DNA of 64,000 nucleotides, taken from assembly GCA_964016885.1 (NCBI GenBank), contig OZ024751.1, positions 51,770,001-51,834,000 on the forward strand, written 5' to 3'. Positions 42,472 to 55,078 of the stretch are shown piece by piece (position 1 is the first letter of the stretch; every line of letters begins with the position of its first letter). Made by a program: the position numbers and the translations under genes. The notes under the pieces are model-generated. The model saw nothing but the letters and a program-made list of their open reading frames with translations, made no database searches and had not been told where the DNA came from. This DNA is from Eledone cirrhosa. Taxonomy: Eukaryota.

Positions 42472-44427
42472 CCAGAGTAAGAATTATGAACAGCCTGTTT
42501 CGTCAGCTTGCTAAATTGTAAATTAACATGACGTTCCTGTCGAAAATCTATTTTCGAGTTAACGTTTCGCTTACTATCAGATACAGATTGAGAAGGAAAC
42601 GCATGCAATAATGAAAGTATTATAAAATAAAATTGATTTTTTTTTTTTATTTATTTAAATTTCAACTACATAATAGTAATTTACATCTTCGAAAAAGAAT
42701 TTTTGGAAAAATCTCACAAAAAAAAGGCAAACACAAAAAACCCGCATTATTAAGAAATTGATGCGGTACCAAAATCGACCTCAGTGAGAGAAGGAGGATA
42801 TGGCACATACATAGATAGATACACGTAAACATATACATGCATACGTAACTTGTCACGTGCCAGTGTGTCACGAGTTATCGTTCTTAATTGTTTGGTAGAA
42901 TTTGTCTTTGGTTGGTGTTTTTATTCATATATATGTCTTCCAAGCAACACATTATTATACTCTAACATTTTATATCAACCGAAAGGAATTTATACATCAT
43001 TCCTCCTTTACACAATCAATTAAAAGATAATCATATAACATATGTAAGTTGATTTGCTATTTTATAATTTGTATTTTAAATATCATATAGCGGCTATTAT
43101 ACATTTTGTATTTTGACAACCCACCTGCTTCGGTATGTCATTTAATATTTTTTGTATTTTTTTTTTTTTTTTTTCCTTCTAACTTTTTTTAACTATTTCA
43201 ATATTGAATGGAAATAGCTTTCAAGTGTAACTATGTTCGAAAAAAAAAAGTATAATTCTATTTATGTTATGTATGTACGTTTTTAAATTTAATTTTGTAA
43301 ATCAAACTTATTACCATATTTTCTGTTAATATGTATTATTATCCTAATATCTACCACCCTTTAAATATAGCTACGATTTATTTTCATTACTATTCCTTTT
43401 TTTTTTTAGAGAGATTCTATCTTAAAATCCTTAGCGATAAGGAACTAAATTAAGTTACTAGGAATTAAAAACCTTGTTTTGTCCGATCCACTTTTTACAC
43501 ACACACCTTGATATAACAACTTTTAGATCCGTTTTTGACGTGACCTGTTTTACTTATTCATCAATATATATATTTCTTTTCTTTGTGTGTTGATCGTTGT
43601 CTGATTACGAAACTGGGAAATTCTATGTATTTTTTATTTTATTAGATATTTCATTTGTAAAGAAAAACAAACATTTTAGATTCTTCTTTGTGTGTGTGGG
43701 TGTTTATTTTTTGGTGGTGGTGTGTGTGTGGGGGGGGGGTCAAGCATTCCAACAATGACCATCTTGGTCTTTGTTGGTGGGGGATGGATACATCTAGGAT
43801 TACATAGTCAGTGTGTGCTTCCATTTTTTAAGAAGACAATGTGATTTGAGGGAGATTTGGTGGCTATTTCTAACAAGTCGAGGATAGAGTATGACTTGAG
43901 AGAGATTTGGTTGCTATTTCTAGCAAGTCGTGTTATCTCATAGAAGCTCCTTTTTATCTGTCAGCCAGCCCCTTGTCCGAAGTCATAGCGTGCTCAAAAG
44001 ACACAAGCAACAAGATACCCCTAGCCCTCTACAAGGAAAACATGTAAAATGGTAATAGATAGATTTTAGATTCTTTATGTTTCATCCTTACAACCTGTCT
44101 TACATCTTCCTAAACTGTAATAAATTGCTACTTTAGTAGATAGTTCGATACTGAAACGATGAAGAAACAAAGGTGATTTACTATCATTATTATCTACGAT
44201 CTGAGTTCAAATCCCGCCGAGGTTGACTTTGCCTTTCATCCTTACGTGGTCGATAAAATAAAGTACCAGTAATGCACTGGGTAATTGCTGGCCTTGTGCC
44301 TAAAGTAGAAACAATTATTATCTATTTGCTTCCTTGAGTAGAATTATAATTTAAACAACCAGGAGAACGATGTTAAGATCCAGGAAACCTTTCATTTATG
44401 AGCTGTTTCTGAATCTCTACGAAACCT

Positions 44428-44945
44428 TAACCCTTTTGTTGCCGTATTTCTAATGAAATGTACCGCCATCATCATCATCATCGTTTAACTTCTGTTTACC
44501 CAGTTAGAGTTGGACAAGTTGTCACAGACTATGTCAGTACCTAATTGGAGCTACTGCAAGAGAAACGCCAGTCAATCATGGCTCCAACACAAAGGAAGTC
44601 ATCATGCATTCGAATTAATTTAATTAATGAAGGATTTATTAAAATTGTAAGTTATTTAGATGGTTAAAAGGGGCAGTATTGGTTCCGACTCTCTACATTC
44701 TGAATTCAAATCCCGCCGGGGTTAACTTGGCCAAGTACTGGGGCTAATATAATCTGCTTCCTCTTCCCACTAAATTGCTGCCTTTATGCCAAAACTAGAA
44801 ACGTTTTATTTTTATGGTATTTGTAACTTAACAGAAGGTTCTTATATCAAATTATGCTAGATTATAATTTGAATAGAAACCCTTTAAAATACCTTTTTCG
44901 TAGAACCAGAGGTTGTTTTGGGTGGGTTGGTATCAAAAGGGTTAA
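44428..44945. mobile_element. Second piggyBac-type MITE family with nested SINE pieces (decayed inverted copy ~58815-59255)
   Basis: TTAA|CCCTTTTGTTGCC ... GGTATCAAAAGGG|TTAA. Confidence 0.65.
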
Positions 44946-45878
44946 GTGCAACCTACAATAGACTACTGTTCACATCTCTTGAAATATGCTGCTGCTTCAT
45001 ATAAAAACATTCTACATTGAAATACTCTCCAAACATGATTCCCTTACCAATACATTACAATCAGGCATCAAACTAGCAGATTCATTAGAGCTGAGCACAA
45101 AATGCCTGGCTCTCTGTGCACTGAGTTCAAATTCCACCCATCAAACCCAACTTTGCCTTCCATTCTTTATGGGGTTGATAGAATAAAGTATCAGTCTAGG
45201 GTGGTGGAATTGTTAGAGAATCAAAAGAAATGTTTCTGTTCTTTGAATTCTGAGTTTAAATACTGCCATTTAGGTTGTAGATTTAATAACACCATCTCCT
45301 GGCTCTTGGGTGATAGACTTAATCCTTCACTTAGTTTAACACCACTACCTGGTTCTTGGATGGTAGATTTAATCCATCACCTGGTTTAACACCACCAATT
45401 GGTCCTTTGATGGTAAACTTAATCTATCATCTAGTTTAACATCACCACCTAGCCCCTGGGTGGTACATTTAATCTGTCACCTTGTTTAACACCATCACCC
45501 CGCCCTTTGGTGCCTCTAACAGAATCCACTCTGTGGCCCTCCTTTTCTGAACTAGCAAAGTGCATGTGTGATGCCCAAGTTTCTTGCATCATGCGTAATG
45601 TCCCTCACCACACTGAACACTTTGAACAATCCTTATATGGTGGGATTTGAGAGAAATTTGACTACAATTTCCAACTGGTCAAATCTGGTCCTCCAGGCCT
45701 TACGTTAACCATTGGACCCAGTCCACAGCCAAAAGTTACCAAATAAAAAAAATGTTAAAAATCAAAAATAGACTTGGGTTTGGTTCAGTTAACAACAAAT
45801 AGTTGCCGTGTTCCTAAAATAAAATAAACACAGTTATTGTATATTTTCTAACACTTGTTTCTTTTATTATTTTCACAG

Positions 45879-45932
45879 ATTTTGAAAGATTTTCAAGTGT
45901 AAAGAAAAAAAAGCTTTTCAGAAAAACTTTTG
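45879..45932 (+). other. Putative 5' UTR exon of the BH3-only candidate
   Basis: Acceptor TTTCTTTTATTATTTTCACAG| and donor TTTG|GTAAAT, 340 nt upstream of the coding-exon acceptor. Confidence 0.4.
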
Positions 45933-46324
45933 GTAAATAAAGATATATTACAAAATTTTCTCTTGAATCTAATTTTTAAGCCAAAGAGCAACAATTTTTA
46001 ACACTTTTAAGATGGGTTGCCCAATCTATTAACCCTGCTAGTTTTGTGTGTTGAAGAAAGTAAATCTTTTCAAGAATTATATATTAGATGCAGTTAAATT
46101 ATTAGTTCTGGTTAAAAGGTTTGAATTGTGTTTGAGTTTAATCTGTGTTATTAATGACTTTTCACCACTATGACCTCTCTTAAATATTCCTAAACTTTAA
46201 TATATTGCAAGAAATAATGTAAGCTTCATTTATATTCTATATTGTTATTCTATTTCTTTCTATGTTTTGCAGTGTTGACATTTGAATATTGTGTGAAGAA
46301 TATATATAATATATATACACATAT

Positions 46325-46600
46325 ATGTCTGGACAAAATTGTTACGCGTGTTCTTCACAAATGGCTAATCCACCTGAACCAAGTATGATGATTGAAGTTG
46401 CAAATCCTGGAAATAGTTCCGAATCCAGTCCAGATGTTGACTTATATGACCAATGTGGTCAGATTCTCCGTCTCCTGGGCGACAGTTTCTATTGGATGAC
46501 CTGTGGCAGAAAACTTCAGCTGATTGCTGATAAGTTTCATTGCGTACAGGTATTATTCCGCTTAACCTTGCAGGATGCCTTGACCCGTTCACAAATTTAA
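46325..46600 (+). CDS. Candidate BH3-only protein with two tandem BH3 motifs (BMF-like); may splice out after 46549
   Basis: Strong acceptor (TTTCTTTCTATGTTTTGCAG|, exon from 46273) and in-frame stops before the ATG. P/S/E-rich N-terminus, then CGQILRLLGDSF (46454-46489) and CGRKLQLIADKF (46502-46537). Possible donor CAG|GTATTA at 46550. Confidence 0.75.
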   Translation: MSGQNCYACSSQMANPPEPSMMIEVANPGNSSESSPDVDLYDQCGQILRLLGDSFYWMTCGRKLQLIADKFHCVQVLFRLTLQDALTRSQI

Positions 46601-47748
46601 CTATGGCTGTGAAATTTTTTTATTTACAATTTTTTTTATTTTTTTTTTTATACTAAATCTATTAGGGCATTTGTATATGTAACAAAGAATATTAAGGTAT
46701 ATATATATAAAAAAAAAAAAACACACTTGATTTAATACTGTCATACAAATATTGAGATGTAACAGTTGTCTGAAATTGTTAAAATAGAGATTATTGGTTA
46801 AAACAGTTTAAAATATATACACAACACATATATTAGTTGAAAAAGCATTGCCTTGTCAAATTGTTTTTTTTTAAGGACATTTTTGTTGCTGAAACACTAT
46901 CCTGTGACTACTTGATTAAAAGAGAGAATGTTGTTGGTAAATTTTGGCATTTACTAGTTAGAAAATAGTAAAATGGATATTTTATTCAAAGAATAAATAA
47001 TATATGTATATGTGTGTACGTGTGTTTGTATGTATGTGTGTTTGTGTGTACATGTGTTTATGTATGTATTTGTAATATGTACACATAATTATATTCATAA
47101 GGCGATGCCCCATGTGACATAAACACTCAATACTAAATTTTACAGTTTTATTTGTTAACTGCTCTGTGATATTTAAAATGTCCTATATTTATTTGCATTA
47201 TTTTTAGTGATACTTTTTTAAATATTTTTTTTTTAAATTTATTTAAATACTTTCAACTTGAACAGCTGCCAACTCTATATAAAATACAATTTTATCCTGT
47301 ATTAGCATTCTGCTTAGATATTGTCAGCAGAGTGTCCACCATATAGTGCATACATGCATGTTCCCTACACATAGAAAAAAGTGTTCTAGAGAAATAGGGC
47401 AGCTTAGCTTTCAACGACTAACTGTAGTCTCCTCTACTGTCTCTTCATTAATTATTCTTCTGATCTCCTTCCCTCTTCTTCCTCTCCTAGAACTCTTACT
47501 AAACCTCTTTACTCGGTCCTCCTTCTCTCTAAGTTTCTCTTCTGTTAGAAATAAAACATTATCTAGCTAACCTCATCCAGTTGTTCATGTTCTTCTGACA
47601 AGAGGATGGGGAGAGTTTACTAAATAATAAAAAAGAAATCTACATATAATATTGATCATCCCACTCCACTTCCTTGCATAATATACTCTGATCAACAATC
47701 TAGTCAAAATACAGACTCAAAACAAATTGAGTCACTGAGCCTGAGATA

Positions 47749-47967
47749 CAAATTACTGCTAATGGCAATGCAATGCAATGCTTTGACTGCACCATAATGT
47801 AGTGTTTCAAGTGCACCAATGCACTGGTCTATTGTAAACATTGTATTGATATCAGCGTTGCAAATTACTGCTAATGGCAATGCAATGCTTTGACTGCACC
47901 ATAATGTAGTGTTTCAAGTGCACCAATGCACTGGTCTATTGTAAACATTGTATTGATATCAGCGTTG
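47749..47967. repeat. Tandem duplication (112 + 107 bp)
   Basis: Two copies of CAAATTACTGCTAATGG...GATATCAGCGTTG differing by one CAATG unit. Confidence 0.95.
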
Positions 47968-50900
47968 CATTATGTATCTTAGGCTGAGGACAGTAGATTG
48001 GCAGAGTGGTTAGAGCTTTGGACAAATGCTTAAATCCTGCCACTGTCAACTTTACTTTTCATCCTTCTGGTCAAGCATTGGAATCAATATAATTGCCTTT
48101 CTTCCCTCCAAAATTGCTGGTCTTGTGCCTAAATAAAAAAATTATTATGTAACTTAGTCTGATTTCTCAGACTCCCTGGCAGAAACTACCATATTTTAAG
48201 AGAGTATATAAGAAAGCACCCTTATTTTGAGGGAAAATATTTTGGAATAAAATTTGTGGTAGTATTTAAGTTTTTTTTATTCAATGTATAGCATACAGGC
48301 AGATTTTGTCCAAGTGCATCTAATACACTAGAAAATACTGTATATACGAGTCTGACTTCATTATAGAGTGGCTGGTATTAAGAACCAAATTGCTGGCCTT
48401 GTGCCTAAATTAGAAACTATTATTATTATTAGATTACAAAGTGTCATAGATTGGCAGAATCAAGAGGATGTCGGACAAAATGCTTTACAGCCCTCTATGT
48501 TCTGAGTTCAAATCCTGCTGAGATCAATTTGACCTTTCATCCATCCGGGTTGGATAAAATAAAGGTACCAGTTAAAGACTGGAGTTCATATAATCGACTT
48601 TCCCCTTCCCCTAAATTGCTGGCCTTGTTCCTGTGTTAGAATATTTAGTTATGTTTCTTTATGTTGAGTTCAAATCCCACTAACGTTGACATTCCTTTTA
48701 ATCCTTCCCAGCTCTTTATACTCCAAATTGAAATGCCACTAAGGTCAACTTTGCCTTTCACCCTTCTGGGGTCAGTAAAATAAATTACCACTCAAGTACA
48801 AGAGCTGATTTAATCTGCTAAACACCCCCTCCCCAATAATGTGCTGGCCTTGTGCCTAAATTTGGAATCATTGTATAAGAATAGCGGATTGGCAGAATTG
48901 TAAGAGCATTGGACAAAATACTTTGTGGTATTTATTATAAGTTTTTACATTCTGAGTTCATATCCTGCTGAGGTCAACTTTGCCTTTCATCCTTTCAAGG
49001 TCGATAAAAAAAGTACCAGTCCAATACTGGGGGTCGATTCTTCCTCTATATCTCCTCATTTTCTCTTTGGAAGTAATCGACTGTGTTCAGACCTGGAGAG
49101 GGATAGGCTCTACCAGGTTTGAAATACCTAAGAAATGCTGTCATTACAGCACCCCTATGACTTCATTTGGTGTTATGGGTCCATACATACATTATTACTA
49201 TATTTTTGGCATTTTACATTCTGAGTTGAAATCCTGTCATACTCAACTTTGCCTTTCATCCTTCCGGGGTTGATAAGATAAAGCACCAGTCATTTACTGG
49301 GGTTGATGTAATCGACTTTCCCTTTCCTCTTTCCCCCAAAATTGCTAGTCTTGTGCCTGAATTCGAAATTAATATGATTACCATGTCATTTTGTTTGGTT
49401 CCCTAAAATGTTTAGAAATATTTGTAACACCAAAGCCAAAAAAATAAAAACCAGCAAAACCTTCCTTGAAAAATTGAAATATTTAATTCTATTGAGATTA
49501 GGTCTGACGTTTTATATGAAAAAGCTATTCATTAACCATAAGCCAACTATAACATTGTCTGTTATTTACATCTTAAAAAGTTTGGAAAGATATGTTTATT
49601 GTTCACTTGACTAAACTTTACAAGTAAGATAGGGCACAAACATGGTTGTGTGGTAAAGAGGTTTGCTTTTCAACTATGTTAATTTTTGTTCAATCCCTCT
49701 GTGCAGTACCATGGGCAAGTGCCTTCCACCATAGCCTCGGGTTGACCAATGCCCCATGCAAATGAAATTTGGGTAGACAGAAACTGTGGAAGCCCATCAG
49801 AAGGAGCACTCCTATTCTTGGGTGGTAGACTTAATCTATCTCTTGGTCTAACCCCATCACTACCACCACCACCTGGCCTTTCAGTGTCATTACCAGAATC
49901 CATTCTATAGCAAACATTCATAGCCAGGTTTCTAACTTGAGGATAGCTTCTTCCCTCATCACACGCACCAGTCTTAGAGGCTTGTTAAGAGTCATGGCAC
50001 TGCCTTTCCTTGGAAGCCATGAAAATAATCATGGGTACTGCCTTTCTTCCTCTGACAGCTGTCATTAAAAAAAAAATATTCATTTGGAAAATAGGTTTTT
50101 TTTGTTTTATTTTTTTAAGAGGGCTACATCAATGCAAATAGAACATTAAATGTTAAAAACAACAAAGTTAATGAATCGTTACATTAGTCCTTAATATTTG
50201 AGAATAAAATCCCTTTGTCAAAAGGTTTTGTTTATCTCTGTATTTGTTATTTTTAAAAGCAGCCAAAATATGAAGAATAAATGTAAACATGGTTTGAAAT
50301 CCTTGCTGATATACTGGGAAAAAAAAAATGCATTTTTCTGATTGTTTTTTTTTTTATTGAAATTTCATACGAACAATACCATTCTCTATGATTATATTTG
50401 TAAGACGGGGAATTCCTATCATTCTGTATTTGTTATCATTTGCTGCTGTAAATAACCAGTATCAAACTGCTCTATCCATCGATCCAAATGAATTCTAAAA
50501 ATAAAAGCATTACAAAAAAAATCTGATTGGTTCAAACATTTTTCGTTGTTTCTCTTATTTCTTCATCATCATTTTATATCCTTATTTCTTCATCATCATT
50601 TTATGATGGGATGGGTTGTTGTCACCCTACTCAATTCTTATTCTGAGACAGACTGGAGTACAACATCTTGCTTGTACTTTCCATTTTCATTTTTGGCATG
50701 GTTTCTATAACTCAATGCTGTTCATAACACCAGTTACATAATAGAATGAACTTTGGTGCATTTTACTGTAGTGCAATATCAGATGAGATATTGTTATGCG
50801 CTTTTTGTCCTATGTTGTCTCTATTTGATTACCAACCAGTTTAGAGAGTGTACTGGTTGCATTTTATCATGGCACCTGTACTACCACTTTACAGAGGGTA

Positions 50901-53273
50901 GTAGGTGCATCTTATAATGACACCAGTATTACCACTTTACAGATTGCATTGGGTGCATGTTATCGTGGCACCAGAACTAGAAATGTTGCCTTATCCTCTG
51001 CAAAGCTAAAGAGTCCCCTCCATTGAAGGCAAATGTGATTAGAAAAGAGGAATAAGTACAAATATGAGTTTTTATATAGTAATTCCTCATTCATCATTAT
51101 TTAACGTCCGCTTTCCCTGCTAGCAAAGGTTGGATGTCTTCACAGATCAACAGTACTGAAGCAGGAGTACTGACCCCCCAGACAGGTCGGGAGTCCACAT
51201 TTTGCTTACATACAGTCCCATATTCTACCAAGTGCATTTTATCATGGCACCAGCACTAGGGGAGTTGTCATGACTTTGACACAATTGAAAGAGCCTCCCA
51301 ACCTTTGTTTAGCAAGCTTTCTATGGCTGAATACTTTCCCTCTCACCACTTTACAGTGTGTACTGGGTTTATTGTGTAGATCACCAATGCTACAGAGGTT
51401 GATGCAACCAAAGGGTCCTCTCGACCCTTTTGCCACCCAGGGTGTTCTGAGTGCATTTTTTTGCGGCACCTACCCTGGAGAGGTTGATTGTTATTGTTAT
51501 ATATTATAGAAAATGTGTAATATGGTTATATTATATTTTCTACTTGCCACTAATCATTGATTGAAACCAGTCCATATGGTGTTAATATTATAAATAATCT
51601 CATTGTTTTTACATTAACTTTGCCATGGGTTAGACAAGACCTTTTGAAGCAATATTTTACAGTTGGATGCCCTTCTTGTATTTTAGTTGCTTCTTATGAC
51701 AAAGACAGATACAATGTACCTATTCTAAATTGGATAGACACAGCTTTAATTTCAGTTGTTAGTTGAACAATACAATGGACTGATCACCTTACTAATAAAG
51801 AAAAACCAGAATTATATGTATTGTTACTGACACAATAAGTTATCTAAATCCAAACTTTGTCCATTATCATTACTCTATATTTACTTGTATTTTCATGGTA
51901 AACATGAAAATTCTGGCCGGATACAACCAGTTTAAATATAAAGTGAAAGTAAAAAGTACAAAAATTAGCAGAAATGTAAAATGACAAAACAAAGTGAGAA
52001 TAAAAATTTGTTGAAGTATAAAGTGAGAAATGGATATGCCATTCTTTACTGTTTACACACCCATGTAAGAGTGTTTATCTTGTCTAAAGTGAAAGTGAGA
52101 TAATTATGCGAGTTAAAGCCTTTTCTGGGAAAATACAATAGTATATATAAGGGCATCCAGCTGTAGAAATCAAGCCAAAATCAGTTCCTATATGAGCATG
52201 GCATGGTCAGCCGACCAGAAACTGCCCACAACAGGACAACCCGTCTAACCCATGCTAGCATGGAAGAACGGACGTAAAACGGTGATGATGATGATGATGA
52301 TAATAATAGTAATGTGAATGCTAAACGATAAATAAAATTCCTACTTTTCATCGTCTTTATCATCATCATCATCATTTTACATCCAACTATGAAAACACTT
52401 TCAGTTTTCATTTTTTTCCATTAAGGAAAATATCTTCACTTTTTGTTTTCGAAAATCCTTTAACTTTTTTTCTATGAAGGAAAAAAAAACAATTTCAGTT
52501 TTTGATTCCCTTGGAAGTGCAACATATTGAGTGACACATACAATGGCAAGCAAAATATTATAGATGAAAGACATGGGGAGTGGCTAGTGGAAGGGGAGAA
52601 ATTACTATGGTTTCCTTTCATCAAGCCTGCATACAATGGTAAGTATAACATCATAAAACACACCCAGCAAGGTGGAATTGCCAGGGCCACAATGAAAAGC
52701 ACTCAGTATAAGTACTGGTGATACAACAAAATCCCCTCAGTCCATACTGTAAGATGGTAGTGCTGGTGCCACAATGAAAAGCACCCAGTCCACCTTGTAA
52801 AGTGGTAGCGCCAATGCTACAATGAAAAACACTCTGTAAAGTGCTGGTGCCATGATTAAAAAGCACCCAGTCCACCTTGTAAGATGATAGTGGTTGGTGT
52901 TAGGAAGGACATCCAGCTGTAGAAACCATGCTGCTGCTCCTACAACAACAACGACAAGACCACCACCAACAACAACAACAATAAATATATACAACAAAAC
53001 ATTATTTTATTGATGAATTTAAATGTCAATGTGTGAATAGAAAATGGCTGGAAAAATTTTGGAGGAAGAGAATTATTATTATATTTTTTATGTATCTTAT
53101 GTATTTATTTAATACTATATATACTCATATCTGTTGTCCTCGTTGATAAGTCACATTTCCATTTTACATATAGCTTTTACAATGTGCAATGTATTTTGGT
53201 TTGAGGTTTTGTAGGTCCAATAGGTAAGTTGCATGCTGCTTTTTTCACATTATATTTTCGTGTAAAAGGTGCA

Positions 53274-53313
<40 letters not shown>

Positions 53314-53950
53314 CGATGAATTTGTTTTGCAAGGTTTTTGATACGAAATCATGTGTTGAAACAAATATTGTTATAATATTGCTAAAAATATATAATAAAA
53401 CACACTCACAGTGATTGTGTTTTATGATATATTTCTGGCAATATCAAAACAATATGACCCTCCCCAAATATAACAATATATATATAAGTATATACATATT
53501 AAGGTTAAGCAGCCAAAATATATGATAAACTTATATCTTTACATACATAGAATAGTAGTAACCTAGACTGCATAAAGGCACATATAAATTTACATATTGA
53601 GTGTGCAGACATGTACTGATACTAAATAAACACATTTCCCTGTAAATAAAAAAAAAAAAAATTGCTAAATACCTTTAACCATTTTGCATTTAAACCAGCC
53701 ATTTCCAGCCAGAATTCTATCACCTCTTTCTGTCCAAACTGGCCACTCATACATATGTTAAGGTACTGTTCTCAAAATAAATAAAATCAAAATCTCGTAG
53801 ATTTGATATTATTTGAGAAAATTATGTGAGGTAAAGTGTTTACCATGAACATACAATAGTATATATAGAGTGATGTAAATGCTAAACGGTTAACCAGTCT
53901 TCAAGCTTTGAAAACTTGTTAAAGGTCTTTAGTAATCTTTTCTTTTGCAG

Positions 53951-54076
53951 GGAAATATGAATATTAAGCATGTGTACATGTCTCCACACTCAATGTGTAA
54001 ATTTATATACACATTTATGCAGTCTCAGTTACTGCTATTTTATGTATGTATATATACAGATATAACTTTATCATAA
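53951..54076 (+). CDS. Possible terminal coding exon of the BH3-only candidate (hydrophobic tail)
   Basis: Acceptor AATCTTTTCTTTTGCAG|; the phase-0 frame is open for 41 codons (GNMNIKHVYMSPHSMCKFIYTFMQSQLLLFYVCIYTDITLS*) and is compatible with the phase-0 donor at 46550. Confidence 0.3.
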   Translation, partial: GNMNIKHVYMSPHSMCKFIYTFMQSQLLLFYVCIYTDITLS

Positions 54077-54162
54077 GTATATATAGTATATTTTATTGTC
54101 AAATGATGAATGATGACATTATTCCAGTAAGCTCTTCCTCTTTTATGTCCCTCTTATATCTG

Positions 54163-54387
54163 TTAATCATCCTGGCTGAAGTTAGTGCGTAGAGGTACAA
54201 TAGCTTGGGAGACATCTTTGGCCATTTCTGATTGAAGACTATTAGCTGCGTGGGAAAGTTGAAGTGCTGCATCGGGATGTGCAGTACCAGGTAATAGTGT
54301 GCACTCTCGCTCCAGCATTAAGGCCATTGCATCAAGTAACTCGAGAAATCCAAATGAAAGGGCAGCTCGTCGCAGACGGTTCAATTC
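54163..54387 (-). CDS. INTS14: Integrator complex subunit 14 (VWA9), last coding exon
   Basis: ELNRLRRAALSFGFLELLDAMALMLERECTLLPGTAHPDAALQLSHAA matches the recalled human INTS14 C-terminus (ELNRLRKAALAFGFLDLL..MLERECTLLPETAHPDAAFQLTHAA). Acceptor TTTTAATTTTCAG|; AATAAA on the minus strand at 54097-54092. Upstream exons were not found in the window. Confidence 0.92.
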   Translation of the reverse strand, partial: ELNRLRRAALSFGFLELLDAMALMLERECTLLPGTAHPDAALQLSHAANSLQSEMAKDVSQAIVPLRTNFSQDD

Positions 54388-54480
54388 CTGAAAATTAAAA
54401 ATTTCAAGAAGTGAAAAAAAAAATATTTTATGGAAAAACAATGTCTCTGATCGAGACAAAGCGAGAATGTATTTGAATGC

Positions 54481-54640
54481 AAATGAGAAAACTCATCGCT
54501 AGAACAATCCCACCTGGTAGGTTGCCTCTCTGTTGACTACTGGCTGCTGGTCTCTGTCCTCCAAGTCATTTTCGTCCATTGCTGTCTTTGACAGCATTTA
54601 GCTGTTTTAGCAGCTGTTCTAGCAATGAGTTTTCTCATTT
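54481..54640. mobile_element. 160-bp MITE-like element with 26-bp terminal inverted repeats
   Basis: AAATGAGAAAACTCATCGCTAGAACA versus TGTTCTAGCAATGAGTTTTCTCATTT (one mismatch). Confidence 0.7.
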
Positions 54641-55078
54641 TTATATGTATATATTTTATTTTATTTTAAATAAAGAGGAAAATAAAACAAAGAGTGGAAT
54701 TTGATAATTTGAGTTATGTATGTGTATAGGGCTATTGCTTGAATCAACTTGTATTAATTTATTTCATTCATTCCTACAATTACTATACACATTTGAGTTG
54801 CTTTGATTGTAACAATTTTCCTGTCCCATATCAGTATGTAGATATTTCTTCTCGTTTTTGTTTTCTTTGTCCAATGTCTGTTGTGTTTTCTTCCTCAATA
54901 GCTATCCATAGATAGCTATTGCAATGGTGGTGAACAGTCCTGTCTTATAAAGCATCCAAAACTATAATGATCCCCAAAAGACAACTGGTGAGTGGGAATT
55001 GCTTGTCTCTTCCAAGTTTTCTGTTTATGACATTTCTCCCATGTGTTTTTTAATGATACATGTATATATATATATATG

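Noticed and set aside
42830-42856. p53 response element upstream of the BH3 gene
   Set aside because: Both half-sites have multiple mismatches in AT-rich, microsatellite-like sequence.
46346-46363. ACSSQM as a BMF/BIM dynein light chain motif
   Set aside because: Too far from the K/RxTQT consensus.
54388-54459. N-terminal 24 aa of the 98-aa ORF
   Set aside because: Intronic polypyrimidine tract; INTS14 similarity begins at the acceptor.
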